Part shown: positions 39,111-52,485 of the stretch, piece after piece
Numbering within the stretch: position 1 is the stretch's first letter
How the letters are laid out: every line of letters starts with the position of its first letter
Source: Eledone cirrhosa
Lineage: Eukaryota
DNA length: 64,000 nucleotides
Direction of reading: 5' to 3'
Assembly: GCA_964016885.1 (NCBI GenBank)
Contig: OZ024740.1
Location: 77,686,001-77,750,000 of the forward strand
Notes under the pieces: model-generated
What the model was told of the DNA's origin: nothing
Database searches by the model: none
What the model saw: only the letters and a program-made list of their open reading frames with translations
Program-made: the position numbers and the translations under genes

Positions 39111-39220
39111 TTACGTGTATGTATCTATCTATCTATCTATATATATGTGTGTATGTGTGTGCGTATGTCTGTGTACGTATGTCTGTGCGTATGTATGTGC
39201 GTGTGTCTGCGTAATGTGTG

Positions 39221-39269
<49 letters not shown>

Positions 39270-39645
39270 AGGCGCGCGCGTATATGTTGTGTGCGTATAT
39301 ATATATATGTGTGTGTGTGTGCGTGTGTACATATGTGTGTGTTTGCCATTATATATATTAACACAGCATAATGTAGTTTTTAATTGCATGGTACATATAG
39401 TTTTCTCCGAAGTACCATAACGGTGCTATCGGATTATACACGGCGACAATACGAGACGGATATATTTACCCAAACATGCAACGGAAAAAACCTTGCCATT
39501 GTTAGGCAGCTAGTCATTATAGCTTGAACTTTGACCCCCTGTTGGCTGATGGATGGCCTTATGGGATTACTCCGCCTTCTCCACCTCCTCTTTCTGTCCT
39601 CCTTTTAGGTTCTCTATTGGTATGTGTATTCTGGCGTATGTGTTG

Positions 39646-39702
<57 letters not shown>

Positions 39703-39762
39703 ATATATATATATATGTGTGTGTGTGTGAGTGTGTAAGTGTGCTTAATATATACATATGTA

Positions 39763-39852
<90 letters not shown>

Positions 39853-40326
39853 CTCACATACTTATACACACAAACACACACATATGTATATAGAGAGAGA
39901 TACATAGATGTACATAGATACATACATAGATACATACATACATAATACATAGATACAAACATGCATGCATACATACACACATACATATCATACATATATC
40001 GCGAATTTGTATGTGTATGTATAAAGTTTGTGTGTCTTTAATGTGTGTATTTGAATGAAATTATGAATGGATGGGTGTATATTACACTCATACAGAGAAT
40101 GAGCGAGCTTTTCAACCCTTCCAGACCCCTCAGCTCGTCAGCTGGAAGCTATGCCTCATTTCGGGCCTTATTAGTTGTCAAATGGGACACCACTCTACCT
40201 CCAGCACCCACCTTACACACATACAAGGGATTAATGCACCGCTGGTAGTCCTGTCATCACACACCCCTACACACACATTCTACATAAAGTAGCAGTCACA
40301 TTATACAGTAACTCCATCTCTAGACA

Positions 40327-41020
40327 GTGATAAATAACTTATACGAGCAGCCATTTTGAAAACATCTTTTTTACTTCAATTTTGACTTGTATTTATCCCA
40401 TAAATAAATACAAGGGAATTCAAAAGTTTGGTGCAGAGCGCTTTTATCATATAAAATGTCATATAAAATGTTACTTGTTTAAATATTAGCTATAAAAATG
40501 AAGTTCGCTTTAAACTACTTCGACACTTGTTGCTATATAGAAATAGTAAGTAAATAGCTTAGTAGACTCTATTTGTTCAACCTGAGTCCACAGCATCTTC
40601 GAATGCACTGCTGTTTTCCAGAAAACTACCTCTTTGGCTTCATCTGTGTCACGTTCCTGGCAATAATTTGTGTATGTTTCCTTCAAGGACCAGGGAATAT
40701 TCTCGATTTTCTGTTTCGCTGCAAACTAAAATAACATATGTTGAAAAGTCAACAGAGTCAGCAACTGGTAATGACAAGTGTTTTCTGCTCCGGAATAGAA
40801 AATCTCGTATTTCGAACGAAGTTTTAGCGTTACGTTGCTGCAAGTGAAAAGCCGCCAGAGATCCGTGAATTCAAACAATTTGACTGGTTGTTTTTTAATC
40901 TTTTTTAGATCGTTCACGGGGAACAATTCACGGCACCCCTTTCTCCAGAAATGGTTTGAGCATTTTTTATACCTAGCGAAATCCATCCCCTCTCTAGGTC
41001 AAAATACAGCATATTTCTTT
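40327..41020 (+). repeat. Copy 2 of the local duplication (no Helitron)
   Basis: See 35633-37680. Confidence 0.92.
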
Positions 41021-41379
41021 CAGAGAAGGAAAAAGAGTGGGGAGGAAGGTGGAGTATAGAGGACAGTATGATGAAGAGGAAGATGCTGTACTCCAGTAAA
41101 TATATTGTGATGTGGGCGAAAATGGATCGAAAATGACCTACTCAAAGCATGCGCTCGAAGTCTGGGAAATGAGAACAGAGAAAGAGAACCTCTCTTTGGG
41201 TGTCATAATAATATAGGATCAATGTGGTTTCTTTGGTTGGCCGTAAGTAGCTACCTTCTTCTCCGTTAAGAAGTTTTCTTTTTTGGTAATTGTTTTAATC
41301 TCTTACTGCTGTAATTGTCTTACATGTTATTGTCTTTGAAACCTTGTGTAGTTATTGTTTAGTTTGGCAGAATCGTTAA

Positions 41380-41965
41380 TGCATCGCTCAAATTGCTTTG
41401 CAGCATTAAGTTATGGATCCTTATCTTCTCAGTTCAAATCCTACCCAGGTCAACTTTGCCTTTCATCCTTCCAGGGTTACTGAAATAAAATACTAGTCAA
41501 GTACGAAGTTCAATTTCATCGACTTACCCCTCCCACAAAATTGCTGGCTTTGTGTCTAAATTAGAACTATTATTATTACTAAGTTACGTCCCTTTACGAT
41601 CTGAGTTCAAATCCCGCCGAGGTTGACTTTGCCTTTCATCCTTACGAGGTCGATAAAATAAAGTACCAGTAATGCACTGGGTAATTGCTGGCCTTGTGCC
41701 TAAAGTAGAAACGATTATTATTACTAAGATTAGGGCAGTAGCCTGGCAGAGTCTTTATAGCGTCGGACAAATGCTTAATAGTATTTGTTCTAGCTCTTTA
41801 TGTTGTGAGTTCAAATCCCACCGAGGTTAGCTTTGATTTTCATCCTTATGAGGTCGATAAAATAAAGTACCAGTAATGCATTGGTTCGTTTTAATCGGCT
41901 TTTCCCTACCGCAAAAAAAACAAAAACTTGTTGGCTTTTTGCCTGAATCAAAAGCCATTAAGATA
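41380..41965 (+). mobile_element. Three head-to-tail SINE copies separated by (ATT)n tails
   Basis: Three AGTTCAAATCC B-boxes (~41431, ~41604, ~41808), each followed by the central domain and tail. Confidence 0.85.
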
Positions 41966-42309
41966 AAAATGGCGAATGTCAGAAACGTGAAGATGCCAGA
42001 CAAAATGCATTGTAATTTGTAGTTACGTCCCTTCTTGTTTTGAATGAGGCATATATATGTTATGATATGGAAACCTTAATTTGTGAGTGTGGTTTCGTTT
42101 TATTTTAATTGTTATGGTTCATGTTCTTGAAACTGCTGATGTTTTTACTACTGTTATTGTTGTTGTTGATATTGTCGCTGTCGTGATAGTTGTCATTGTT
42201 ATTGTAACTCTCGACCTTATAGTTATTGTTAGCGTGTTTATTGTTATCGTTGTTGTTGTTGTTGTCGACTTCGTAGTTGCTCAATTCGTCGTGGTTACTG
42301 CTGTTACAA

Positions 42310-42567
42310 TTATTGTTGTTGTTGTTATAACTGTAGACGTTGTTGTTGTTGTTGTTGTTGTTGTTATAACTGTAGACGTTATTGTTGTTGTTGTTATAAC
42401 TGTAGACGTTGTTGTTGTTGTTGTTGTTATAACTGTAGACGTTGTTGTTGTTGTTGTTGTTATAACTGTAGACGTTGTTGTTGTTGTTGTTATAACTGTA
42501 GACGTTGTTGTTGTTGTTGTTGTTATAACTGTAGACGTTGTTGTTGTTGTTGTTATAACTGTAGACG

Positions 42568-42599
<32 letters not shown>

Positions 42600-45315
42600 A
42601 TAACTGTAGACGTTGTTGTTGTTGTTGTTATAACTGTAGACGTTGTTGTTGTAGTTGTTGTTATAACTGTAGACGTCGTTGTTGTTGTTGTTGTTATAAC
42701 TGTAGACGTTGTTGTTGTTGTTGTTATAACTGTAGACATTGTTGTTGTTGTTGTTATAACTGTAGACGTTGTTGTTGTAGTTGTTGTTATAACTGTAGAC
42801 GTTGTTGTTGTTGTTGTTATAACTGTAGACGTTGTTGTTGTAGTTGTTGTTATAACTGTAGACGTCGTTGTTGTTGTTGTTGTTATAACTGTAGACGCTG
42901 TTGTTGTTGTTGTTATAACTGTAGACGTTGTTGTTGTAGTTGTTGTTATAACTGTAGACGTCGTTGTTGTTGTTGTTGTTATAACTGTAGACGTTGTTGT
43001 TGTTGTTGTTGTTGTTATAACTGTAGACGTTGTTGTTGTTGTTATAACTGTAGACGTTGTTGTTGTTGTTATAACTGTAGACGTTGTTGTTGTTGTTGTT
43101 GTTATAACTGTAGACGTTGTTGTTGTTGTTGTTATAACTGTAGACGTTGTTGTTGTTGTTGTTATAACTGTAGACGTCGTTGTTGTTGTTGTTGTTATAA
43201 CTGTAGACGTTGTTGTTGTAGTTGTTGTTATAACTGTAGACGTTGTTGTTGTTGTTGTTATAACTGTAGACGTTGTTGTTGTTGTTGTTATAACTGTAGA
43301 CGTTGTTGTTGTTGTTGTTGTTATAACTGTAGACGTCGTTGTTGTTGTTGTTGTTGTTATAACTGTAGACGTTGTTGTTGTTGTTGTTATAACTGTAGAC
43401 GTTGTTGTTGTTGTTATAACTGTAGACGTTGTTGTTGTTGTTGTTGTTATAACTGTAGACGTCGTTGTTGTTGTTGTTGTTGTTATAACTGTAGACGTTG
43501 TTGTTGTTGTTGTTGTTATAACTGTAGACGTTGTTGTTGTTGTTGTTGTTATAACTGTAGACGTTGTTGTTGTTGTTATAACTGTAGACGTTGTTGTTGT
43601 TGTTGTTGTTATAACTGTAGACGTTGTTGTTGTTGTTGTTATAACTGTAGACGTCGTTGTTGTTGTTGTTGTTATAACTGTAGACGTTGTTGTTGTTGTT
43701 GTTGTTATAACTGTAGACGTCGTTGTTGTTGTTGTTGTTGTTATAACTGTAGACGTTGTTGTTGTTGTTATAACTGTAGACGTTGTTGTTGTTGTTGTTG
43801 TTATAACTGTAGACGTTGTTGTTGTTGTTATAACTGTAGACGTCGTTGTTGTTGTTGTTGTTATAACTGTAGACGTTGTTGTTGTTGTTATAACTGTAGA
43901 CGTTGTTGTTGTTGTTGTTGTTATAACTGTAGACGTTGTTGTTGTTATAACTGTAGACGTCGTTGTTGTTGTTGTTGTTATAACTGTAGACGTCGTTGTT
44001 GTTGTTGTTGTTGTTGTTATAACTGTAGACGTTGTTGTTGTTGTTATAACTGTAGACGTTGTTGTTGTTGTTGTTGTTATAACTGTAGACGTCGTTGTTG
44101 TTGTTGTTGTTGTTATAACTGTAGACGTTGTTGTTGTTGTTGTTGTTGTTATAACTGTAGACGTTGTTTTTGTTGTTGTTATAACTGTAGACGTCGTTGT
44201 TGTTGTTGTTGTTATAACTGTAGACGTCGTTGTTGTTGTTGTTGTTATAACTGTAGACGTCGTTGTTGTTGTTGTTGTTGTTATAACTGTAGACGTTGTT
44301 TTTGTTGTTGTTATAACTGTAGACGTCGTTGTTGTTGTTGTTGTTATAACTGTAGACGTCGTTGTTGTTGTTGTTGTTATAACTGTAGACGTCGTTGTTG
44401 TTGTTGTTGTTGTTATAACTGTAGACGTTGTTGTTGTTGTTGTTGTTGTTATAACTGTAAACGTTGTTGTTGTTGTTGTTATAACTGTAGACGTTGTTGT
44501 TGTTGTTGTTGTTGTTATAACTGTATACGTTGTTGTTGTTGTTGTTATAACTGTAAACGTTGTTGTTGTTGTTGTTATAACTGTAGACGTCGTTGTTGTT
44601 GTTGTTGTTATAACTGTAAACGTTGTTGTTGTTGTTGTTATAACTGTAGACGTTGTTGTTGTTGTTGTTGTTATAACTGTAGACGTTGTTGTTGTTGTTG
44701 TTGTTGTTATAACTGTAAACGTTGTTGTTGTTGTTGTTATAACTGTAGACGTTGTTGTTGTTGTTGTTATAACTGTATACGTTGTTGTTGTTGTTGTTGT
44801 TGTTATAACTGTAGACGTTGTTGTTGTTGTTGTTGTTGTTATAACTGTAGACGTTGTTGTTGTTGTTGTTGTTGTTATAACTGTAGACGTCGTTGTTGTT
44901 GTTGTTGTTGTTATAACTGTATACGATGTTGTTGTTGTTGTTGTTGTTATAACTGTAGACGTTGTTGTTGTTGTTGTTGTTATAACTGTAGACGTTGTTG
45001 TTGTTGTTGTTGTTGTTATAACTGTAGACGTTGTTGTTGTTGTTGTTATAACTGTAGACGTTGTTGTTGTTGTTGTTATAACTGTAGACGTTGTTGTTGT
45101 TGTTGTTATAACTGTAGACGTTGTTGTTGTTGTTGTTGTTGTTATAACTGTAGACGTTGTTGTTGTTGTTGTTATAACTGTAGACGTCGTTGTTGTTGTT
45201 GTTGTTATTATAACTGTAGACATTGTTGTTGTTGTTGTTATAATTGTAGACTTTGTTGTTGTTGTTGTTATAACTGTAGACGTCGTTGTTGTTGTTGTTG
45301 TTATAACTGTAGACG

Positions 45316-45350
<35 letters not shown>

Positions 45351-48300
45351 ATAAATGTAGACGTCGTTGTTGTTGTTGTTATAACTGTAGACGTTGTTGT
45401 TGTTGTTGTTGTTATAACTGTAGACGTCGTTGTTGTTGTTGTTGTTATAACTGTAGACGTTGTTGTTGTTGTTGTTATAACTGTAGACGTTGTTGTTGTT
45501 GTTGTTGTTGTTATAACTGTAGACGTCGTTGTTGTTGTTGTTGTTGTTGTTATAACTGTTGACGTTGTTGTTGTTGTTGTTATAACTGTAGACGTCGTTG
45601 TTGTTGTTGTTGTTATAACTGTAGTCGTTGTTGTTGTTGTTGTTGTTATAACTGTAGACGTCGTTGTTGTTGTTGTTGTTGTTGTTATAACTGTAGACGT
45701 TGTTGTTGTTGTTGTTATAACTGTAGACGTCGTTGTTGTTGTTGTTGTTGTTATAATTGTAGACGTTGTTGTTGTTGTTGTTATAACTGTAGACGTTGTT
45801 GTTGTTGTTGTTATAACTGTAGACGTCGTTGTTGTTGTTGTTTTAACTGTAGACGTCGTTGTTGTTGTTGTTATAACTGTAGACGTCGTTGTTGTTGTTG
45901 TTATAACTGTAGACGTTGTTGTTGTTGTTGTTATAACTGTAGACGTTGTTGTTGTTGTTGTTTTAACTGTAGACGTCGTTGTTGTTGTTGTTGTTGTTAT
46001 AACTGTAGACGTCGTTGTTGTTGTTGTTGTTGTTATAACTGTAGACGTTGTTGTTGTTGTTGTTGTTGTTATAATTGTAGACGTTGTTGTTGTTGTTGTT
46101 GTTATAACTGTAGACGTTGTTGTTGTTGTTGTTGTTGTTATAACTGTAGACGTTGTTGTTGTTGTTGTTGTTGTTGTTATAACTGTAGACGTCGTTGTTG
46201 TTGTTGTTGTTGTTATAACTGTAGACGTTGTTGTTGTTGTTGTTGTTATAACTGTAGACGTCGTTGTTGTTGTTGTTGTTGTTATAATTGTAGACGTTGT
46301 TGTTGTTGTTGTTGTTATAACTGTAGACGTTGTTGTTGTTGTTGTTATAACTGTAGACGTTGTTGTTGTTGTTGTTGTTATAACTGTAAACGTTGTTGTT
46401 GTTGTTATAACTGTAGACGTTGTTGTTGTTGTTGTTGTTATAACTGTAGACGTTGTTGTTGTTGTTGTTGTTGTTATAACTGTAGACGTTGTTGTTGTTG
46501 TTGTTGTTATAACTGTAGACGTTGTTGTTGTTGTTGTTATAACTGTAGACGTTGTTGTTGTTGTTGTTGTTATAACTGTAGACGTTGTTGTTGTTGTTGT
46601 TATAACTGTAGACGTTGTTGTTGTTGTTGTTGTTATAACTGTAAACGTTGTTGTTGTTGCTATAACTGTAGACGTTGTTGTTGTTGTTGTTGTTATAACT
46701 GTAGACGTTGTTGTTGTTGTTATAACTGTAGACGTCGTTGTTGTTGTTGTTGTTATAACTGTAAACGTTGTTGTTGTTGTTGTTGTTATAACTGTAGACG
46801 TTGTTGTTGTTGTTATAACTGTAGACGTTGTTGTTGTTGTTGTTGTTATAACTGTAGACGTTGTTGTTGTTGTTATAACTGTAGACGTCGTTGTTGTTGT
46901 TGTTGTTGTTATAACTGTAGGCGTTGTTGTTGTTGTTGTTGTTGTTATAACTGTAGACGTTGTTGTTGTTGTTGTTATAACTGTAGACGTCGTTGTTGTT
47001 GTTGTTGTTGTTATAACTGTAGACGTTGTTGTTGTTGTTGTTATAACTGTAGACGTTGTTGTTGTTGTTGTTATAACTGTAGACGTTGTTGTTGTTGTTG
47101 TTGTTATAACTGTAGACGTTGTTGTTGTTGTTGTTATAACTGTAGACGTCGTTGTTGTTGTTGTTGTTATAACTGTAGACGTTGTTGTTGTTGTTGTTAT
47201 AACTGTAGACGTTGTTGTTGTTGTTGTTGTTATAACTGTAGACGTTGTTGTTGTTGTTGTTATAACTGTAGACGTTGTTGTTGTTGTTGTTATAACTGTA
47301 GACGTTGTTGTTGTTGTTGTTATAACTGTAGACGTTGTTGTTGTTGTTGTTGTTATAACTGTAGACGTCGTTGTTGTTGTTGTTGTTGTTGTTATAACTG
47401 TAGACGTTGTTGTTGTTGTTGTTATAACTGTAGACGTTGTTGTTGTTGTTGTTATAACTGTAGACGTCGTTGTTGTTGTTGTTGTTGTTGTTATAACTGT
47501 AGACGTTGTTGTTGTTGTTGTTATAACTGTAGACGTTGTTGTTGTTGTTGTTGTTGTTATAACTGTAGACGTCGTTGTTGTTGTTGTTGTTGTTGTTATA
47601 ACTGTAGACGTTGTTGTTGTTGTTATAACTGTAGACGTTGTTGTTGTTGTTGTTATAACTGTAGACGTCGTTGTTGTTGTTGTTGTTATAACTGTAGACG
47701 TTGTTGTTGTTGTTGTTATAACTGTAGACGTCGTTGTTGTTGTTGTTGTTATAACTGTAGACGTTGTTGTTGTTGTTGTTATAACTGTAGACGTTGTTGT
47801 TGTTGTTGTTGTTATAACTGTAGACGTTGTTGTTGTTGTTGTTATAACTGTAGACGTTGTTGTTGTTGTTGTTATAACTGTAGACGTTGTTGTTGTTGTT
47901 GTTATAACTGTAGACGTTGTTGTTGTTGTTGTTGTTATAACTGTAGACGTCGTTGTTGTTGTTGTTGTTGTTGTTATAACTGTAGACGTTGTTGTTGTTG
48001 TTGTTATAACTGTAGACGTTGTTGTTGTTGTTGTTATAACTGTAGACGTCGTTGTTGTTGTTGTTGTTGTTATAACTGTAGACGTTGTTGTTGTTGTTGT
48101 TATAACTGTAGACGTTGTTGTTGTTGTTGTTGTTGTTATAACTGTAGACGTCGTTGTTGTTGTTGTTGTTGTTGTTATAACTGTAGACGTTGTTGTTGTT
48201 GTTATAACTGTAGACGTTGTTGTTGTTGTTATAACTGTAGACGTCGTTGTTGTTGTTGTTGTTATAACTGTAGACGTTGTTGTTGTTGTTGTTATAACTG

Positions 48301-48935
48301 TAGACGTTGTTGTTGTTGTTGTTGTTGTTATAACTGTAGACGTCGTTGTTGTTGTTGTTGTTATAACTGTTGACGTTGTTGTTGTTATAACTGTAGACGT
48401 TGTTGTTGTTGTTGTTGTTATAACTGTAGACGTCGTTGTTGTTGTTGTTGTTGTTATAACTGTAGACGTTGTTGTTGTTGTTGTTGTTATAACTGTCGAC
48501 GTCGTCGTTGTTGTTGTTGTTGTTATAACTGTAGACGTTGTTGTTGTTGTTGTTGTTATAACTGTAGACGTTGTTGTTGTTGTTGTTATAACTGTAGACG
48601 TTGTTGTTGTTGTTGTTATAACTGTAGACGTTGTTGTTGTTGTTGTTATAACTGTAGACGTCGTTGTTGTTGTTGTTGTTGTTATAACTGTAGACGTTGT
48701 TGTTGTTGTTGTTGTTATAACTGTAGACGTTGTTGTTGTTGTTGTTATAACTGTAGACGTCGTTGTTGTTGTTGTTGTTATAACTGTAGACGTTGTTGTT
48801 GTTGTTATAACTGTAGACGTCGTTGTTGTTGTTGTTATAACTGTAGACGTTGTTGTTGTTGTTATAACTGTAGACGTCGGTGTTGTTGTTGTTGTTGTTA
48901 TAACTGTAGACGTCGTTGTTGTTGTTGTTGTCATT
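42310..48935. repeat. 6.6-kb minisatellite, unit ATAACTGTAGAC+(GTT)4-12
   Basis: Direct reading. Length varies only in whole GTT triplets, so one frame stays open on each strand. Confidence 0.97.
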
Positions 48936-49415
48936 TAATAGTTAATAGTGGTTCTGATGTTGATATTGTTCAGACACAAATCGTCTTGTTAATTCTACAC
49001 CCACGCCACCTACAACATCATTCCACCCCACTTATATTTCCCTCCACACACCTCCACCACACTCAAATCCAACCCTACTCTTACCACCCACCAACCATCA
49101 TTATTAAATCGGGTGAAAACAACCCAGAGAAAGGTGGTAATTGCCGTTAAACGATATTGCAGCTTCAACAAAGAACGATTGATATTTTTCATATGACATG
49201 ATATATCAACATGTTAGAATATAAACATGGTGGGATATCAATATAGTATGATATCAAATGTCAGTGGATATATAAAGAGGGTGGAGAAGGAGAGAGGGGT
49301 AAAAAGAAAGAGAGGGAGAGAGGGTGGAGAGAGGTGGAGAGAAAGAGAGAGGGAGATGGAAAGAGAATAGGAGGTCGATGGAGAGAGCGAGGGACAGAGA
49401 GAAATACAGATGGGA

Positions 49416-49529
<114 letters not shown>

Positions 49530-49603
49530 ACATTTATATATAAACACAAATAGAATCTCGCTGAGTGAATATTGTGTGGAAAAATCCTTCAATCATCCAA
49601 GAC

Positions 49604-49753
49604 CAGTCTGTAGCAAACTACGACTCGTTTCGCTTTTTCAATGGCATGCCTAATTTCAATATTGCCTTGAAATTTTTAGTAGTGTGTCCACACCCATTAT
49701 GATGGGACATAACGTATGCGGCCCACTGCTTGAAAAGGGTTGCTCATGCCTTC
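49604..49753. mobile_element. Decayed hAT-type MITE (related partial copy at 50294-50410)
   Basis: Left ends CAGTCTGTAGCAAACTACG and CAGTCATGGGCAAACTGCGGCCCG; right end TGCGGCCC..AAAAGGGTTGCTCATGCCT. Confidence 0.55.
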
Positions 49754-49924
49754 GATTCTCCTTTTAGGGGAGTTGATATGATGTGACATAAAGAGAGCAC
49801 TTGTATAAACTAAACTGTTCCAAGTTTTTTTTAACAGTTTATGACAATTCAAGATGGAGCTTTGCCTATAAGCCAAATTGATGAAAGCAGCGGGCATGTT
49901 TCGATCTTTTTATATCTCTACAAC

Positions 49925-50147
49925 AAGGCAGTGGATTGGCAGAATCGGTAGAGCGTCGGACAACATGCTTAGCGGCACAGAGTTACGACCCTTTACGTTT
50001 TGAGTTTAAATCCAACCGAGGTTAGCTTTGTCTTTCATCATTACGGCGTCGATAGAATAAAGTACCAGTAATGCACTGGGGTCGGTTTAATCGACTTTCC
50101 TCTTCCCAAAAATGTGCTGGCCTTGTGCCTTAATCAAAAACCATTAT
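49925..50147 (+). mobile_element. Full-length SINE copy (dominant family)
   Basis: GGCAGTGGATTGGCAGAATCGGTAGAGCG head, B-box, central domain and tail. Confidence 0.85.
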
Positions 50148-50556
50148 ATCTCTATAATAAGACATATAGACTTATACACGTGACTGGACTAAGAATTTTC
50201 AGAGAGGAATGAGAAAAGATAATGCACTGTTTGTGTGTATCAACAAAGGGTAAAGTGAAAAGGCCTGAGAGCAGCACTCTGCATAGTGTAAAGCAGTCAT
50301 GGGCAAACTGCGGCCCGTTGGCTTCCTGAATGGCACGCCTAATTTCTAAATTGCCTCGAACTCTTTAGTAGTACGGCACATCTTATAATGATCCATATCC
50401 TCTGCAGCAGTCCAATGTCTGACACCGGGAAATGACTACAACAAAGAATACATATATTATATCTATAAATATTATATAAAAGATAAATGTGTATATAATC
50501 GCAGGTTTAAATAATAAGATTCGCAGTGAAAATGACCGTAAATAGGTAAATAACAG

Positions 50557-50686
<130 letters not shown>

Positions 50687-50802
50687 CCAGTATACAGGAA
50701 TGAAGTCAAGGTTCCACAATAAATGAACTTTATATGACAAGACACACACACACACACACACAAACACACATATATATATATATATACATACATATTTATA
50801 TA

Positions 50803-51066
50803 CAGGGGTGGCAGTGGAAGCATTTCTGAATTGAAAGTGGTGGGGGTGGCACATTTGGTCAATGTAGTTGTAGTGATTAGTTTAGTTCTTTACACTCTAA
50901 AATGGTCAGAAAACTTCAATATGCGATAAAAATAACATGTTCATAAATTGTAGCGCATATCCAAATAGATGTGTTTGGGTAGTTTGGGGAGAAAATATAT
51001 AATTATTGGCGGGGAGGGGGTGAATACGTACATGCCCCCCCCCCTCCTCCAGTTCCACCACCCCTG
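50803..51066. mobile_element. hAT-like MITE with terminal inverted repeats
   Basis: CAGGGGTGG...CCACCCCTG termini; flanks TTTATATA and TATATATA (7/8 match, a possible 8-bp TSD in TA-rich sequence). Confidence 0.65.
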
Positions 51067-52485
51067 TATATATAAATATATATATATAAGGTAAAAAAAA
51101 AATGCTCTGTACCCTTTACTAAGGGGTTAATATATCGAGCTTCTTCGTTCTTGGTAATAAACTGGTATTATATAATTGTTTCTATTTTTGGCACAAGGCC
51201 AGCAATTATCCCAGTGCATTACTGATAAAATAAAGTACCAGTAATGCACTGGGATAATTGCTGGCCTTGTGCCAAACATAGAAACAATTATATCCAATTT
51301 ATTCATTTCCTATATATACATACATATATGTGTGTGTGTATGTGTGTGTGTGTGTGTAGAATTCGGAAGTGGTTTTATTTATTTATTTATTTTAAACTCT
51401 TTTGTGTTAAAATTAAGGTCAAGGCGGGTCAAAGACCTTAATTTTAACACAAAAGAAGTTAAAATAAATAAATAAATAAATAAATATAACAAATAAATAA
51501 ATATTAAAACCACTTCCGGCCAGCATGGTATAACAGGCCACATCGGACACTAGAATAGTTCCTTTATTTTCCTCAGTTGAAGAGATAATAATCTCGAGAT
51601 ATCAGGTCTTGTGAATAAATTAAGGTAAAAAAGAACAAACCCTACTTTTTGTCATTTTTGCGTTTTAATTTTTCTCTGTCCAAACCTGCATTGTCGTGGA
51701 TTTCCAATTCTATATACCGTATACAATGCTTCAAGTAAACTACGATTGATATGGAGAGGGGTATTGGAAGAGAGTACCGAACAGTAGATATAGAGAGGAG
51801 AAGAATTTGGTGTAAATTGATTTAAAGAGGGGGATTGGAAGGGACTTCCGTGTAGTAGATATAGAGAGGAACGAGCTTGCTGGTAGACATAAGTATTGAT
51901 AGATATAGAGAGGGAAGAGTTTGGTGGCAATGCATAGAGTGAGAGGATCGATAGAGATAATTATTGATAGATATAGAGAGGGGGAGAGTTTAGTAGTGAT
52001 GTTTAGAGTGAGAGTGAATGAGAGATGGGAAGAGTTTGGTAGTAATTGATATATATAGAGGGTGACAGGGAGAGAGAGAGTATCATTTAGTAGATATAGA
52101 GAGGTGTAGATTTCAATGCTTTTAGATATGAGGTAAATATTGCTAGATATATAGAGGGGGTGGGAGAGAGAGTATCGTAAAGAGGCGGGAGTTTATGATG
52201 GCTAGAAACAGAACGATTACGAAAGAGTGTGGTAGAGATGGTGAGGGGGGAGTTTGGAGATGATTGATATAAGGGGGGTGGTTGTATATTAGATATAGAG
52301 AGGGGGAGAATTTGGTGGCTGTAGATATAGAGAAAGAATAATGGGAGAGTGCAGTGTAGTGGACATAGAATGGGTCTCAAATAATTGGAGGGGTGGGAAT
52401 AAAGGGCGGGTGGGGGCCACGAGAAATCGATAATTGTCCACTGTACGTTCGTAAAGATGACATTTCTTGTAATGTTATTTTTTTG

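Noticed and set aside
42310-48935. Constant 12-bp motif with variable spacers as a CRISPR-like array
   Set aside because: The spacers are only (GTT)n of varying length, there are no cas genes, and the context is eukaryotic.
42087-48938. 2283-aa poly-valine ORF as a membrane protein gene
   Set aside because: It is purely the translation of the (GTT)n-based minisatellite, with no domain content.
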